From Candidatus Aquidulcis sp. (GTDB lineage: Bacteria; Chloroflexota; Limnocylindria; Limnocylindrales; Limnocylindraceae): a stretch of DNA of 50,366 bases. The notes below the pieces were generated by a model, which saw nothing but the letters and a program-made list of their open reading frames with translations, did not search any database and had not been told where the DNA came from. The DNA is taken from positions 1-50,366 of the forward strand of contig QWRK01000002.1 in NCBI GenBank assembly GCA_003670455.1, written 5' to 3'. Shown one piece after another: positions 1 to 9,812 of this stretch. The first letter of the stretch is position 1; every line of letters starts with the position of its first letter. Made by a program: the position numbers and the translations under genes.

Positions 1-341
1 TTGTGTTGAACGGCTGGGAGCTTGGCGGTGGCTCGATTCGTATTCACGATCGCGCGCTCCTTGAGCGCTCCTTTGCACTGATGGGTCATTCGCTCGAAGA
101 TGCGCGAGCCAAGTTTGGTGCGTTGCTCGATGCGTTCGAATACGGTGCTCCGCCACACGGCGGCATCGCCATCGGCGTCGAGCGCTGGGCGGCACTGCTC
201 GCCGGTCAGATCAACATTCGCGAAGTGATGGCTTTCCCGAAGACGCAGTCGGGGAGCGATCTGATGCTCGAAGCACCATCAGAGCCAGATGCGAAGCAGT
301 GGGCCGAACTCGGCCTCTCGGTGCGCCCAGTAAAGAGCTAG
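1..341 (+). CDS. aspS: aspartyl-tRNA synthetase, C-terminal fragment (5' end outside window)
   Basis: ORF open to the window edge (codon phase from nt 3). GGGSIRIHD...FEYGAPPHGGIAIGVERW...VMAFPKT matches the conserved C-terminal/motif-3 block of bacterial AspRS. Confidence 0.9.
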   Translation, partial: VLNGWELGGGSIRIHDRALLERSFALMGHSLEDARAKFGALLDAFEYGAPPHGGIAIGVERWAALLAGQINIREVMAFPKTQSGSDLMLEAPSEPDAKQWAELGLSVRPVKS

Positions 342-868
342 CGCTCCTCAGCCTGGGAGCCGCGCTGCTCCCACGGGTCAACGGCGTTCGTATCTGCGGG
401 CGGCGCTTCGTAGGCGAGTGATGCACGGCCATCAGAGGGGCTAACCGCGCCTTCATCGCCGCACTCCAACTGGATTTCTGGTGCATCGGCGTGATCGATC
501 GGTGTCAGACGAATCGGGCCAGCCTCGCCATTTCGCGCTGCGACGAGTACCTGCTCGCTCTGTCGGCCATGCCCCGCAATGAGCGCTGTAATCGTCTCTG
601 GGTCAACGCCCGCATGGCTCAGCGGCAGGGTGATGACGGCCGTCGTCCCTGCAACCTCACCGAACGCGTCAGCAGCCACAGCGGCGTGCTCGCTCGAGAG
701 GGTGGCGCGGCTCAGGGTCGGGGCAACTTCGCCCGCCGTAAGGCCCGAAATCAGGATCGGATGTGCACCGCCAGACCAGGCGGCCTCAACCAGTCGCGAG
801 AGCTCTGGGCGGGCGACCCCAGGGGCTGACGGGGGACCCGAAATGATGATGTGCGCAGCGACGGTCAT
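338..868 (-). CDS. hypothetical protein (faint MobA-like nucleotidyltransferase resemblance, glycine loop not conserved)
   Basis: 176-aa ORF from ATG (cat at 866-868), MTVAAHIIISGPP... The longer 276-aa track ORF would run through the typA start. I can name no firm family motif. Confidence 0.4.
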   Translation of the reverse strand: MTVAAHIIISGPPSAPGVARPELSRLVEAAWSGGAHPILISGLTAGEVAPTLSRATLSSEHAAVAADAFGEVAGTTAVITLPLSHAGVDPETITALIAGHGRQSEQVLVAARNGEAGPIRLTPIDHADAPEIQLECGDEGAVSPSDGRASLAYEAPPADTNAVDPWEQRGSQAEER

Positions 869-911
869 GCCCAGAAGTATACGGGTCGGCGAAGCGTGCG
901 AGAATCTCCCG

Positions 912-2774
912 ATGACCACAGTTAATCCACCCGCAGGTCTCGTCGCGCAAACCGGCATCCGCACGGTCGGAATCGTCGCGCACGTTGACCATGGCAAGAC
1001 CACCCTGGTCGATAGCCTCCTCCGCCAGAACGGCGCCTTCCGGGCCAATGCAGAGCTCGTTGAGCGCGTCATGGATAGCGGCGACCTTGAGCGCGAGAAG
1101 GGGATCACGATCCTCGCCAAGGAGACCGCCATCGACTTCAAGGGGGTTCGCGTCGTCATCGTCGACACCCCAGGGCACGCCGACTTCGGTGGTGAGGTGG
1201 AGCGAAGCCTCCTCGCCGTAGATGCCGTCCTCCTCTTGGTGGATGCCTCCGAGGGGCCACTCCCACAGACGCGCTACGTCCTCTCGAAGGCACTGGCGCG
1301 ATCGCTCCCCGTCATCCTCGTGATCAACAAGATCGATCGCCCCGATGCGCGCATCAAGGAGGTCATTGACGAGGTCTACGAACTCTTCCTTGACCTCGGC
1401 GCGAATGAGCAGCAGATCGACTTCCCAATCGTCTATACGAATGCCCGTGCCGGTACCGCTACGCGTGACATGGAGCAGCCTGGCACCGACCTGATCCCAC
1501 TGCTCGATTGCGTTCTCGTTACCGCCCCCGCACCGATGCACGAGCCAGGCCACCCACTGCAGGTGCTGATCACCAACCTTGCCGCCAACGACTTCGTCGG
1601 CCGCATCGCCGTTGGTCGCATTCGTAACGGCGTTGTTCGTAAGGGCGCCAAGATCACCATCATTCGCGATGGGAGCGCCGTCACCGGCACCGTCACCAGC
1701 CTCACGCTGCCGCAAGGCATTGAGCGCGTCGAAGTACCTGAAGCAGGTCCTGGAGAAATCGTCGGCATTGCCGGACTCGCCGACGTTGAGATCGGTGAGA
1801 CGATCACCGATCCAGCCGATCCGCGCCCACTTGAGCGACTCCATGTTGATCCGCCAACGCTGCAGATGACCTTCGGCGTGAACACGAGCCCGATCGGTGG
1901 CAAGGACGGAAAGTTCCTCACCTCACGACAGTTGAAGGCCCGACTCGAAAAAGAGGTGCTCGGCAACCCTGCGATTGAGGTCAGCCCTACCGACTCAGGC
2001 GAAGCATTCCAGGTTCGCGGCCGCGGTGAACTTCAGCTCGCGATCCTCGTGGAGCAGATGCGTCGCGAAGGATTTGAGATCGAGGTCTCACGGCCAGAGG
2101 TGCTGCTTCATCGAACCGAGAACGGCATCGAGGAGCCATTTGAGCAGCTGACGATCGACGTGCCAGTTGACTTCGTCGGCGTGATCACCGGCATCATGGC
2201 CGAGCGTCGTGCACGCATGGAGAACATTCAGCACGGCGCAGACGGTCGTGCCCGCGTCGACTTCTTGATTCCAACGCGCGGCCTGATCGGTGTGCGCGGA
2301 CGCATCCTTACCGAGACGCGCGGCACCGCGCTGATCCATCAGCTCTCCGCCGGCTACAAGCCGTGGGTTGGCGAGATCCCACACCGCACGAACGGCTGCC
2401 TCATCTCCGACCGTACGGGTATGACCACCGGCTATGCGCTCTACGGCATTCAGGAGCGCGGCGAGCTCTTCGTCAACGAGGGCGAGCAGACTTACGAGGG
2501 TCAGATCATCGGTGAGAGCGCAAAGCCTGGCGACATGGATGTGAACGCGGTCCGCGAGAAGAAGCTCACCAACATGCGCACCCACTCACACGACGAGGCG
2601 ATTCGCTTGACCCCACCGCGCCGAATGGCGCTGGAGAATGCCCTCGAGTTCATCGGCCCTGACGAGCTCATTGAGGTGACCCCTTCAGCGCTACGCCTGC
2701 GCAAGCGACTGCTGAACGAGAACGACCGACGCCGTGATGCGGGCCGCCGCGCCGAAATGCGGGAGTCCCAGTAG
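912..2774 (+). CDS. typA: translational GTPase TypA/BipA
   Basis: GIVAHVDHGKTTLVDSLL (G1), DTPGHADFGGEVER, NKIDR, and full-length BipA-like C-terminus. ATG 912 was chosen because the track ORF upstream of it (from 579) has no protein-like content. Confidence 0.95.
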   Translation: MTTVNPPAGLVAQTGIRTVGIVAHVDHGKTTLVDSLLRQNGAFRANAELVERVMDSGDLEREKGITILAKETAIDFKGVRVVIVDTPGHADFGGEVERSLLAVDAVLLLVDASEGPLPQTRYVLSKALARSLPVILVINKIDRPDARIKEVIDEVYELFLDLGANEQQIDFPIVYTNARAGTATRDMEQPGTDLIPLLDCVLVTAPAPMHEPGHPLQVLITNLAANDFVGRIAVGRIRNGVVRKGAKITIIRDGSAVTGTVTSLTLPQGIERVEVPEAGPGEIVGIAGLADVEIGETITDPADPRPLERLHVDPPTLQMTFGVNTSPIGGKDGKFLTSRQLKARLEKEVLGNPAIEVSPTDSGEAFQVRGRGELQLAILVEQMRREGFEIEVSRPEVLLHRTENGIEEPFEQLTIDVPVDFVGVITGIMAERRARMENIQHGADGRARVDFLIPTRGLIGVRGRILTETRGTALIHQLSAGYKPWVGEIPHRTNGCLISDRTGMTTGYALYGIQERGELFVNEGEQTYEGQIIGESAKPGDMDVNAVREKKLTNMRTHSHDEAIRLTPPRRMALENALEFIGPDELIEVTPSALRLRKRLLNENDRRRDAGRRAEMRESQ

Positions 2775-2784
2775 CCTTCGTCCG

Positions 2785-3939
2785 ATGACGCCAACCCGAC
2801 TCTTCCTGGATCACGCGGCGGGATCGCCGACGCTCCCAGAGGTCGTGGACTTGATGGCCGAACTCCAGCGCGCCGGCATCGGCAATCCGAACGGCGGCCA
2901 CACCGAGGCCCGACGGGCACGAGCGATCCTTGATGGCGCACGGGCGAGCCTCGCCGAGGATTTCAGCGTAGAGCCACGGCAGATCACCTTCACAGCGACC
3001 GCCTCTGAGGCGCTCGCCCTCGGCCTGCACTCCGCCTTGACGCCGACCCTCGCCCTCGTCACGACGGCGGGGGAGCACCGCGGCTCTCGTGCCCTGGCGA
3101 CGCAGCATGCTGCCGCAGGCGGCGCTGTGGAGCTGCTCGCCCTGGACGCCCACGGTGTGATGCAGGCTGCAGCGCTTCGCACTGATCACCCTGGAGCCGT
3201 GGGGCTCTTCGCGCTTGCCTCAGGCGAGGTCGGCACGATTCAGCCCTGGGCGACGTTCGCCACCGCGTGGCGTGCATCAGGCGGCGGAGCACTCGTGGTC
3301 GATGCGGTACAGGCTGCCTATGACCACGCCCTTGATGCCCAAGCGACTGGAGCAGCACACCTTGTTGTTGGTTCCGCCAAGGTTGGCGGGCCGTTCGGCA
3401 TCGCCGCGCTGATTAGCGCACCAGAGACCAAGGTGCGACCACTCATCGCTGGTGGTGGCCAGGAGCGCGGACGTCGGGGCGGTACAGAGGCGGTTGTCCT
3501 TGCCGCCGGATTCGCCGCCGCGTATCGCGCGCACCGTCTCCACGCTGAACAAACACGTCAGCACCTAAACGTGATCACCACGGCCTTTGATGACGCGCTT
3601 GGCTCACTTGCTTCACTCGGGCTGGCGCCAACCGGCGCACCATTCACCAGCGAGACACGCCTCGCTGGACATCGTTCATTTGCGGCGGACTGGGCGCTCG
3701 GCGATGACCTTGTCGCAGCGCTCGACCATGCAGGGATCGCCGCCTCAACCGGCTCGGCGTGCATTAGTGGATCACGAGAGCCATCTGAAGCACTCCGCGC
3801 CATGGGGCATAGCGAAGGCGAATCCCGTGGCGGCCTCCGTCTCACCTTTGGGCGCGCATCAACAGTGGAGGAGGCGCGCTACGCGGCAACGGTCGTGCGC
3901 TCGGTGCTCGAGCGTGTGCGCACGGCGGTGCCAGCATGA
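2785..3939 (+). CDS. cysteine desulfurase family protein (class V aminotransferase, NifS/IscS-like)
   Basis: FLDHAAGSP N-terminus, PLP-lysine context SAKVGGPFGIAAL, and active-site Cys loop STGSACISG. Sits directly upstream of mnmA with a 4-nt overlap. Confidence 0.85.
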   Translation: MTPTRLFLDHAAGSPTLPEVVDLMAELQRAGIGNPNGGHTEARRARAILDGARASLAEDFSVEPRQITFTATASEALALGLHSALTPTLALVTTAGEHRGSRALATQHAAAGGAVELLALDAHGVMQAAALRTDHPGAVGLFALASGEVGTIQPWATFATAWRASGGGALVVDAVQAAYDHALDAQATGAAHLVVGSAKVGGPFGIAALISAPETKVRPLIAGGGQERGRRGGTEAVVLAAGFAAAYRAHRLHAEQTRQHLNVITTAFDDALGSLASLGLAPTGAPFTSETRLAGHRSFAADWALGDDLVAALDHAGIAASTGSACISGSREPSEALRAMGHSEGESRGGLRLTFGRASTVEEARYAATVVRSVLERVRTAVPA

Positions 3940-5096
3940 CGCTGACCACAACACCGCTCGGCGGTCTCCCGATCGGTTGGCAGGCGGCACCGGAGGCAAC
4001 GGCACCAGAACGCGTGCTGGTTGCACTCTCAGGTGGCGTTGACTCATCGGTCGCTGCCGCACTCCTGGTCGAGGCCGGCCACGAGGTTGTCGGCGTATGG
4101 ATGCGACTCCATAGCGCCGCCGACCAGCGTGACGGACATCGCAAGAGCTGCTGCACCCTTGATGCCGCCGATGATGCGCGTCGCGTTGCCGACCATCTAG
4201 GCATCCCATTTCATATCCAGAACCTCGAGCAAGAGTTTGCCGATGCCGTCTTGGAGCCTTTTGTGGCCGCGTATCAGAGCGGTGAGACGCCAAGCCCATG
4301 CGTTGGCTGCAACACGGCGGTCAAGTTCGGCGCACTCGTTGGTAAGGGGAGTGCCCTCTTCGGCTGCGATGCCGTTGCAACTGGGCACTACGCACGTCGC
4401 GCCGTCTCTGATGACGGGCTCTCGTGGCGACTGCGCGCCGCCGTCGACAGCGAGAAAGACCAGACCTACTTCCTGCACGGACTCGACAGCGCCGCAATCG
4501 CACGGGCGCGATTTCCGTTGGGCGGCATGACGAAGCCAGAAGTCCGCGAAGTCGCACGTTCTCGTGGCCTCGTGACCGCAGAGAAGCCAGAGAGCCAAGA
4601 GATTTGCTTTGTGCCAGATGGCGATTACCGCAGCCTGCTGCGCGAACGTGGTGCCGCACGCGGCGAGGGCGAGGTCGTTGACGAATCTGGCGCCGTTGTC
4701 GGAACGCATGCGGGAAGCGAAGGGTTCACGGTTGGGCAGCGCAGGGGTCTCCCAGGGAGCGGGGTCTCAGCGCGCTATGTCAGCTCGGTTGATCCTGTGA
4801 CAAATCGGATCACCATTGCGCCACGCGCAGCGCTCGATGTGCGCAACATTGCACTGGCTGATGCGACGACACCCGAGGGAGCGATCGCCAAGGGTGCGCA
4901 GGTGCAGGGCCTGGCGCGTATTCGACATCGTGGCGCGCTTGCACAGGGAACCGTAACGGGCCTCGGTAGTGGTGCTGCAACGCTCGCGCTCGACGATCCA
5001 CTCTGGGCACCATCGCCAGGGCAGACGGTGGTGCTCTACGACGGGGAGACGCTCGTCGCTGGTGCGCGTATTGCCCGACCGCGCCACACCGCATGA
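3936..5096 (+). CDS. mnmA: tRNA 2-thiouridine(34) synthase MnmA
   Basis: PP-loop VLVALSGGVDSSVAA, catalytic Cys context PCVGCN, DQTYFL and full-length MnmA layout. Confidence 0.93.
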   Translation: MTLTTTPLGGLPIGWQAAPEATAPERVLVALSGGVDSSVAAALLVEAGHEVVGVWMRLHSAADQRDGHRKSCCTLDAADDARRVADHLGIPFHIQNLEQEFADAVLEPFVAAYQSGETPSPCVGCNTAVKFGALVGKGSALFGCDAVATGHYARRAVSDDGLSWRLRAAVDSEKDQTYFLHGLDSAAIARARFPLGGMTKPEVREVARSRGLVTAEKPESQEICFVPDGDYRSLLRERGAARGEGEVVDESGAVVGTHAGSEGFTVGQRRGLPGSGVSARYVSSVDPVTNRITIAPRAALDVRNIALADATTPEGAIAKGAQVQGLARIRHRGALAQGTVTGLGSGAATLALDDPLWAPSPGQTVVLYDGETLVAGARIARPRHTA

Positions 5097-5362
5097 TTGA
5101 ACCGGCACCGCTCCTGATCGCCCTCTCCGTGGGCGTCGCGCTACTCACCGGGAGGCTCCTCTCCGCGCGCGCATCTCTCCCGATCGCTCTACTGGGCGCG
5201 GTGGTTGGTGCCCTGCTGTTGCAGGTGGTGGCAGAGCGCCTGCTGGGCGGGCTCTACCCCGTAGGCGGCACGGCCTGGCCGGCCCCGCTGGTCGGCGCGA
5301 TCCTCGGCGAGCGGCTGACCGCACGGATTGCAACCGATTGGGAGCGAGGGCAGCGACCCTAA
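5093..5362 (+). CDS. small membrane protein, GlsB/YeaQ/YmgE-like (tentative)
   Basis: 89 aa, hydrophobic with Gly-rich helices (LLGAVVGALL, LVGAILGE). ATGA overlap with the mnmA stop. Confidence 0.45.
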   Translation: MIEPAPLLIALSVGVALLTGRLLSARASLPIALLGAVVGALLLQVVAERLLGGLYPVGGTAWPAPLVGAILGERLTARIATDWERGQRP

Positions 5363-5392
5363 GGCGGCGATCCCCTCGGGTACACTCCGAGC

Positions 5393-8122
5393 GTGGAACG
5401 CGATCCTCGAATCCCAACGCAGAGCGCCGCCGACCTTCGGTCTCGGTTTGTGGCGTTCTTCGAGGCGCGCGGGCACACCCAGGTTCCGAGCGCATCGCTC
5501 GTCCCCGCTGGCGATGCCACCCTCCTCTTCACCAACTCAGGGATGGTGCAGTTCAAAGAGCTCTTCAGCGGCGCTGAGACCCGTTCGTATCGCCGCGCCG
5601 TCGACTATCAACGCTGCCTTCGTGTCGCCGGAAAGCACAACGACTTTGAAGAGGTCGGCCGAACGCCACGACACCACACCCTCTTTGAGATGCTCGGCTC
5701 CTGGTCGTTCGGCGACTACTTCAAGCGCGACGCGATCCTCTGGGCCTGGGAGTTCCTCACCGTCGAAGCTGGGATCCCTGCCGATCGCCTCGCCGTCACG
5801 GTCTACAAAGATGACGACGAGTCGGCCGACATCTGGCTGAAGGAGGTCGGCGTTCCCGCCGATCGACTCGCGCGTTGGGGTGATGTCGACAAGGGGAACG
5901 ATGCGAACTTCTGGCGCATGGCGGAGACGGGCCCGTGCGGCCCCTGCTCCGAGATTCACTTCGATCGTGGCGCAGACCTCTCCTGCGGGCCTGACTGCCT
6001 CCCAGATCATTCGGAGCACTGCCCGCGTTGGCTCGAAGTGTGGAATCTCGTCTTCATGCAGTACGAACAGCACCCTGATGGCCGCCGCACCGAACTCCCA
6101 TTCAAGAGCGTCGATACCGGCATGGGCCTCGAGCGTCTCGCCAGTGTCTCGCAGCAGGTGCTCTCCAACTACGACACTGATCTCTTCCTGCCGATCCATG
6201 CTGCAATGCGCAAGATCACGAAGCACTCCATGGCCGAGTTTGATGCGCAGCGCTTCAGCTATCAGGTGATTGCCGACCACTCGCGCGCCGTCACCTTCTT
6301 GCTCGCCGACGGCGTTCGTCCGGGGAACGAAGGTCGTGGCTACGTCTTGCGCCGCATCATCCGTCGCGCGGTGCGTCACGCGCGACTCCTCGGCATCACC
6401 AAGCCGTTCCTTGGCGCAATCGCCCGGGAAGTCGTGGCGATCATGGGGCCTTCGTATCCGTACCTGCGCGATGGAGAGACGGCGATCCTTGAAGGGATCG
6501 AGCGCGAAGAGGCGCAGTTTGCGCGCACGCTCGATGCCGGCTCAAGTCTGCTCGGCGATGCACTCGGCGAACTCGGGGCGGGGGAGAGTGTCGTGGGGCG
6601 TCGCGCCGATGATCTTCCAGCCGCTAGCCCAACCCTCGGTGGCGAGATTGCCTTCAAGTTGCACGACACCTACGGCTTCCCAATTGATTTGACCGTTGAG
6701 CTCGCCGCTGAGCGCGGTGTCGCCGTTGACCGTGCTGGTTTTGAGAGCGCCCTTGCCGAACAGCGCGAACGCAGTCGCGGCGGCAAGAAGGCCGCGCTTG
6801 CCGAGATCGCCGTGACTACCGCCCTCTATGAAGAGATCCTGCGTCGTGTGAACGAAACGGAGTTCGTCGGTTACGAACAGCTCGACGCTGAGAGCACAAT
6901 CGTGGGGCTCCTTCGTGACGGCGCCGAGGTCACTTCGTTGGCGGCAGGCGACGAGGGGCAACTGATCGTTGGTCGCACCCCGTTCTATTCGGAGCGCGGC
7001 GGACAGGTGGGCGATGCGGGGCAGATCCTCGATGCCCGCGGGAAAATCCTCGCCGAGGTGAGTGATACGCAACGCCCAGTTGGCGCGCTCACCGTTCATA
7101 CCGTTCGCGCCGCGGCACCCCTCAAGGTGGGAGATGCGGTCGCCATGCGCGTCGAGCCGGTGCGTCGTGCGGCCACGATGCGCAACCACACGGCGACACA
7201 CGTCCTTCACCGAGCAATCCGAATCGTTGCTGGGGCAGATGCGAAGCAGCGCGGCTCGCTCGTGCACCCCGACTACCTGCGCTTTGACTACCCCCTGGAG
7301 CGCTCACTCACGCGTGATGAGCGCGATCAGACGGAGGCCGAGGTGCGTCGTGCGATTCGCGAGGATATGGCGGTCGTCGTGGCACAGATGAGCATGGGCG
7401 ATGCGGTCAAGGCTGGTGCCGACGCCTTCTTCGATGAGAAGTACGGCGAAACTGTGCGCACCGTGCGCATGGAGGAGTACTCGCACGAACTCTGTGGCGG
7501 CACTCACTGTCGCGCCACCGGTCAGATCGGGAGCTTCGTGATCACGAGCGAACGCAGCATCGGCTCTGGCCTGCGCCGTATTGAGGCGCTCACTGGGGCT
7601 GCCGCCGACGAATACCTCCGACAGCAGTCGCGCACCCTGGAGGCGAGCGCTGAGGCGGCAGGCGCCCAAGATGCCCACACGGTGCCGCAGCGCATTGCCG
7701 CACTGCAGGCGGAACTGAAAGAGGCGAAGCGTCGCGCCAAGGCTGGCGGCTCAGCCCGGATCGACCTTGCCGCTCTCGCCGCACAGGCGACCAGGCAGGG
7801 TGAGATCTCGATCCTCGTTGCAATGCTTGACGTTGAAGACGACGAGGCTTTGAAAGAGGCCGCCAAGCAGCTCCGCAAGAAGATGGGCGCTGGTGTCCTT
7901 GCACTCGTGCGCCCTGCGGAAACTCCGGAGATCTTCGTCTCTGTTGAGGGGAGTGCCGAGCACGACGCTGGCGCACTCGCCGCCGCAGCAGCGACCGCAC
8001 TCGGCGGGCGCGGAGGTGGACGACCGGCGATGGGGCAGGGTCGCGGCGCTGTCGGCAGCAGCGCGGATGAGGCGGCCAACGCACTTGCGAAGGAACTTGG
8101 CGTTGCGGTGACTCGTTCGTGA
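5393..8122 (+). CDS. alaS: alanyl-tRNA synthetase
   Basis: 909 aa. FFEARGHTQVPSASLVP, FTNSGMVQFK, HHTLFEMLGSWSFGDYFK, editing HTATH...CGGTHC and a C-terminal DHHA1-like tail. GTG start at 5393. Confidence 0.97.
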   Translation: MERDPRIPTQSAADLRSRFVAFFEARGHTQVPSASLVPAGDATLLFTNSGMVQFKELFSGAETRSYRRAVDYQRCLRVAGKHNDFEEVGRTPRHHTLFEMLGSWSFGDYFKRDAILWAWEFLTVEAGIPADRLAVTVYKDDDESADIWLKEVGVPADRLARWGDVDKGNDANFWRMAETGPCGPCSEIHFDRGADLSCGPDCLPDHSEHCPRWLEVWNLVFMQYEQHPDGRRTELPFKSVDTGMGLERLASVSQQVLSNYDTDLFLPIHAAMRKITKHSMAEFDAQRFSYQVIADHSRAVTFLLADGVRPGNEGRGYVLRRIIRRAVRHARLLGITKPFLGAIAREVVAIMGPSYPYLRDGETAILEGIEREEAQFARTLDAGSSLLGDALGELGAGESVVGRRADDLPAASPTLGGEIAFKLHDTYGFPIDLTVELAAERGVAVDRAGFESALAEQRERSRGGKKAALAEIAVTTALYEEILRRVNETEFVGYEQLDAESTIVGLLRDGAEVTSLAAGDEGQLIVGRTPFYSERGGQVGDAGQILDARGKILAEVSDTQRPVGALTVHTVRAAAPLKVGDAVAMRVEPVRRAATMRNHTATHVLHRAIRIVAGADAKQRGSLVHPDYLRFDYPLERSLTRDERDQTEAEVRRAIREDMAVVVAQMSMGDAVKAGADAFFDEKYGETVRTVRMEEYSHELCGGTHCRATGQIGSFVITSERSIGSGLRRIEALTGAAADEYLRQQSRTLEASAEAAGAQDAHTVPQRIAALQAELKEAKRRAKAGGSARIDLAALAAQATRQGEISILVAMLDVEDDEALKEAAKQLRKKMGAGVLALVRPAETPEIFVSVEGSAEHDAGALAAAAATALGGRGGGRPAMGQGRGAVGSSADEAANALAKELGVAVTRS

Positions 8123-8622
8123 GCGGTACGCCGCGCCGCTCACTCGGCATCGATCTCGGCGAACGACGCATCGGCCTCGCCATTCGAGAAGACGCCTCCG
8201 CGCCGCGTGGACTACCAACCATGATGCGTCGCGCGACTGCGGCCGCAGATAGCGACCGACTACGCACCATTGCCGCTGAAGGCCGCGTGACGGAACTCGT
8301 CGTGGGCCTACCACTCAACAGCGATGGGAGCGTCGGTCCCCAGGCGACCGCGACCCTGCGCTGGGCGACCGAGGTTGCCGAGGCCCTGCAACTGCCGATC
8401 ACCTTCGTTGATGAGCGCTACTCGTCGCAGCGCGCGGAAGCGTCACTCGGCCGAGCCGCACGGGGGAGCAACGGAGGCGCACCAGGCCCAGCCCGACGTG
8501 AGGCCCGTCGCGCTGCCATCGATCAAGAAGCGGCACGCCTGATCCTTGAAGATGCCCTGAATCCAGAACTGCTCATTGACCCGGCGGTGCTGGCTGTTGG
8601 CATGCGCGAGTCGGCCACATGA
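8119..8622 (+). CDS. ruvX: Holliday junction resolvase-like RuvX (YqgF)
   Basis: SLGIDLGERRIGLAI N-terminal motif and FVDERYSS. GTGA overlap with the alaS stop. Confidence 0.88.
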   Translation: MSGTPRRSLGIDLGERRIGLAIREDASAPRGLPTMMRRATAAADSDRLRTIAAEGRVTELVVGLPLNSDGSVGPQATATLRWATEVAEALQLPITFVDERYSSQRAEASLGRAARGSNGGAPGPARREARRAAIDQEAARLILEDALNPELLIDPAVLAVGMRESAT

Positions 8623-9812
8623 GCCGAACCACGCTCGTCCGCGCCGTTGCCGGCCTACTGGTTGCTGTCGTGTTGTTCCGCGTTGCTGCCCCGCCACTCA
8701 TTGGTGACACGCTGGTTTCTGCGGGTGTGCGCTCGCCAGGAATCGCCACGCTACCGATCATCAGCGACATCATTCAGGAGCGCCTCGGTACCCGCACAAC
8801 CGAGCCCGCCGGAAGTGACACCACGCTGGTAACGGTGGAGATCCTCGCAGGCACGGGGACCTCCGCCATCGCCAACCAACTGCGTGAAGCTGGGCTGATC
8901 GCCGACGAGATCGGCTTTATCTATGCGGTGCGCGCTGCTGGCCTCGACGGAAAGCTCCAGGCGGGCACGTTCAAGGTTGCAGCCTCGATGACACCTACCG
9001 AAGTTGCAACGGCACTGACCGAACCGTATCGCGAGCCAACGGTCGCTGTCGCCCTGCGTGCAGGAATCCGCCTTGAACAGGTGATCGCGAAGCTCAGCAC
9101 ACTTGATCTTCCTTTTACACCAGCAAGTGTTGAGTTGATTCTCCGTGACCCGCCCGAGGATATTCGCGCTGACTACTCGTGGCTTGACCTGAAACCAAAA
9201 GATTCACTTGAAGGCCGTATTGGCACTGGCGTGTTCAGCGTCCCGCTCTCCACGACCGCTAATGGCTTCGTGCGGATGCTGATTGATCGATTTGCCGAGA
9301 GTGTGCCCGAAGAGTTGCGTGGCGCGACAGCTGATGGTCGAAGCTTTGCTGAGGTGCTCACACTTGCCTCAATCGTTGAGCGCGAGGCAGCGATTGATTC
9401 TGAACGTGCACGGATTGCCGGTGTGTTTGCCTATCGCCAGGAGGTCGGGATGGGGCTCGGCTCAGATGTCACGCTGATCTACATGATTGATAGCGCAGCA
9501 CTACGGCAGCTCAAGATCGCAAGCTGGAAGAACTATCTCTTCTGGGCTATCCCACCCGGCATCTACAATGTCGCCTCCTCACCCTCAATCCCCAGCGATT
9601 TGCAGCGTTGGAACACCTTTTCGCGCCGCGGCCTGCCTCCCGCACCGATCTGCACGCCAAGTGCAGCGTCGATCACAGCCGCACGAAACCCAGACAGCAG
9701 CCGCAAGGAGCTCTTTTTCATTGCGATCCCTGGCGGTAATGGGGCAACGGTTTATAGCAAGACGTACGCGGAGCATCTGGATTGGGCTGCGTATTACGGG
9801 TTCCGTCCGTGA
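8619..9812 (+). CDS. mltG: endolytic murein transglycosylase MltG (YceG-like)
   Basis: N-terminal TM anchor and YceG-type domain (LASIVEREA, NTFSRRGLPPAPICTPS). Conserved position after ruvX. Confidence 0.88.
   Translation: MSRTTLVRAVAGLLVAVVLFRVAAPPLIGDTLVSAGVRSPGIATLPIISDIIQERLGTRTTEPAGSDTTLVTVEILAGTGTSAIANQLREAGLIADEIGFIYAVRAAGLDGKLQAGTFKVAASMTPTEVATALTEPYREPTVAVALRAGIRLEQVIAKLSTLDLPFTPASVELILRDPPEDIRADYSWLDLKPKDSLEGRIGTGVFSVPLSTTANGFVRMLIDRFAESVPEELRGATADGRSFAEVLTLASIVEREAAIDSERARIAGVFAYRQEVGMGLGSDVTLIYMIDSAALRQLKIASWKNYLFWAIPPGIYNVASSPSIPSDLQRWNTFSRRGLPPAPICTPSAASITAARNPDSSRKELFFIAIPGGNGATVYSKTYAEHLDWAAYYGFRP

Noticed and set aside
579-911. Long N-terminal extensions in the ORF track (typA from 579, recN from 15905, rluB from 20440, MBL hydrolase from 31577, fusion gene from 28384, nadK from 15150)
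   Set aside because: The extensions overlap the preceding, well-supported genes in another frame and translate to non-homologous Arg/Ser/Ala-rich sequence. Downstream starts reproduce the normal family N-termini and often form ATGA/GTGA junctions.
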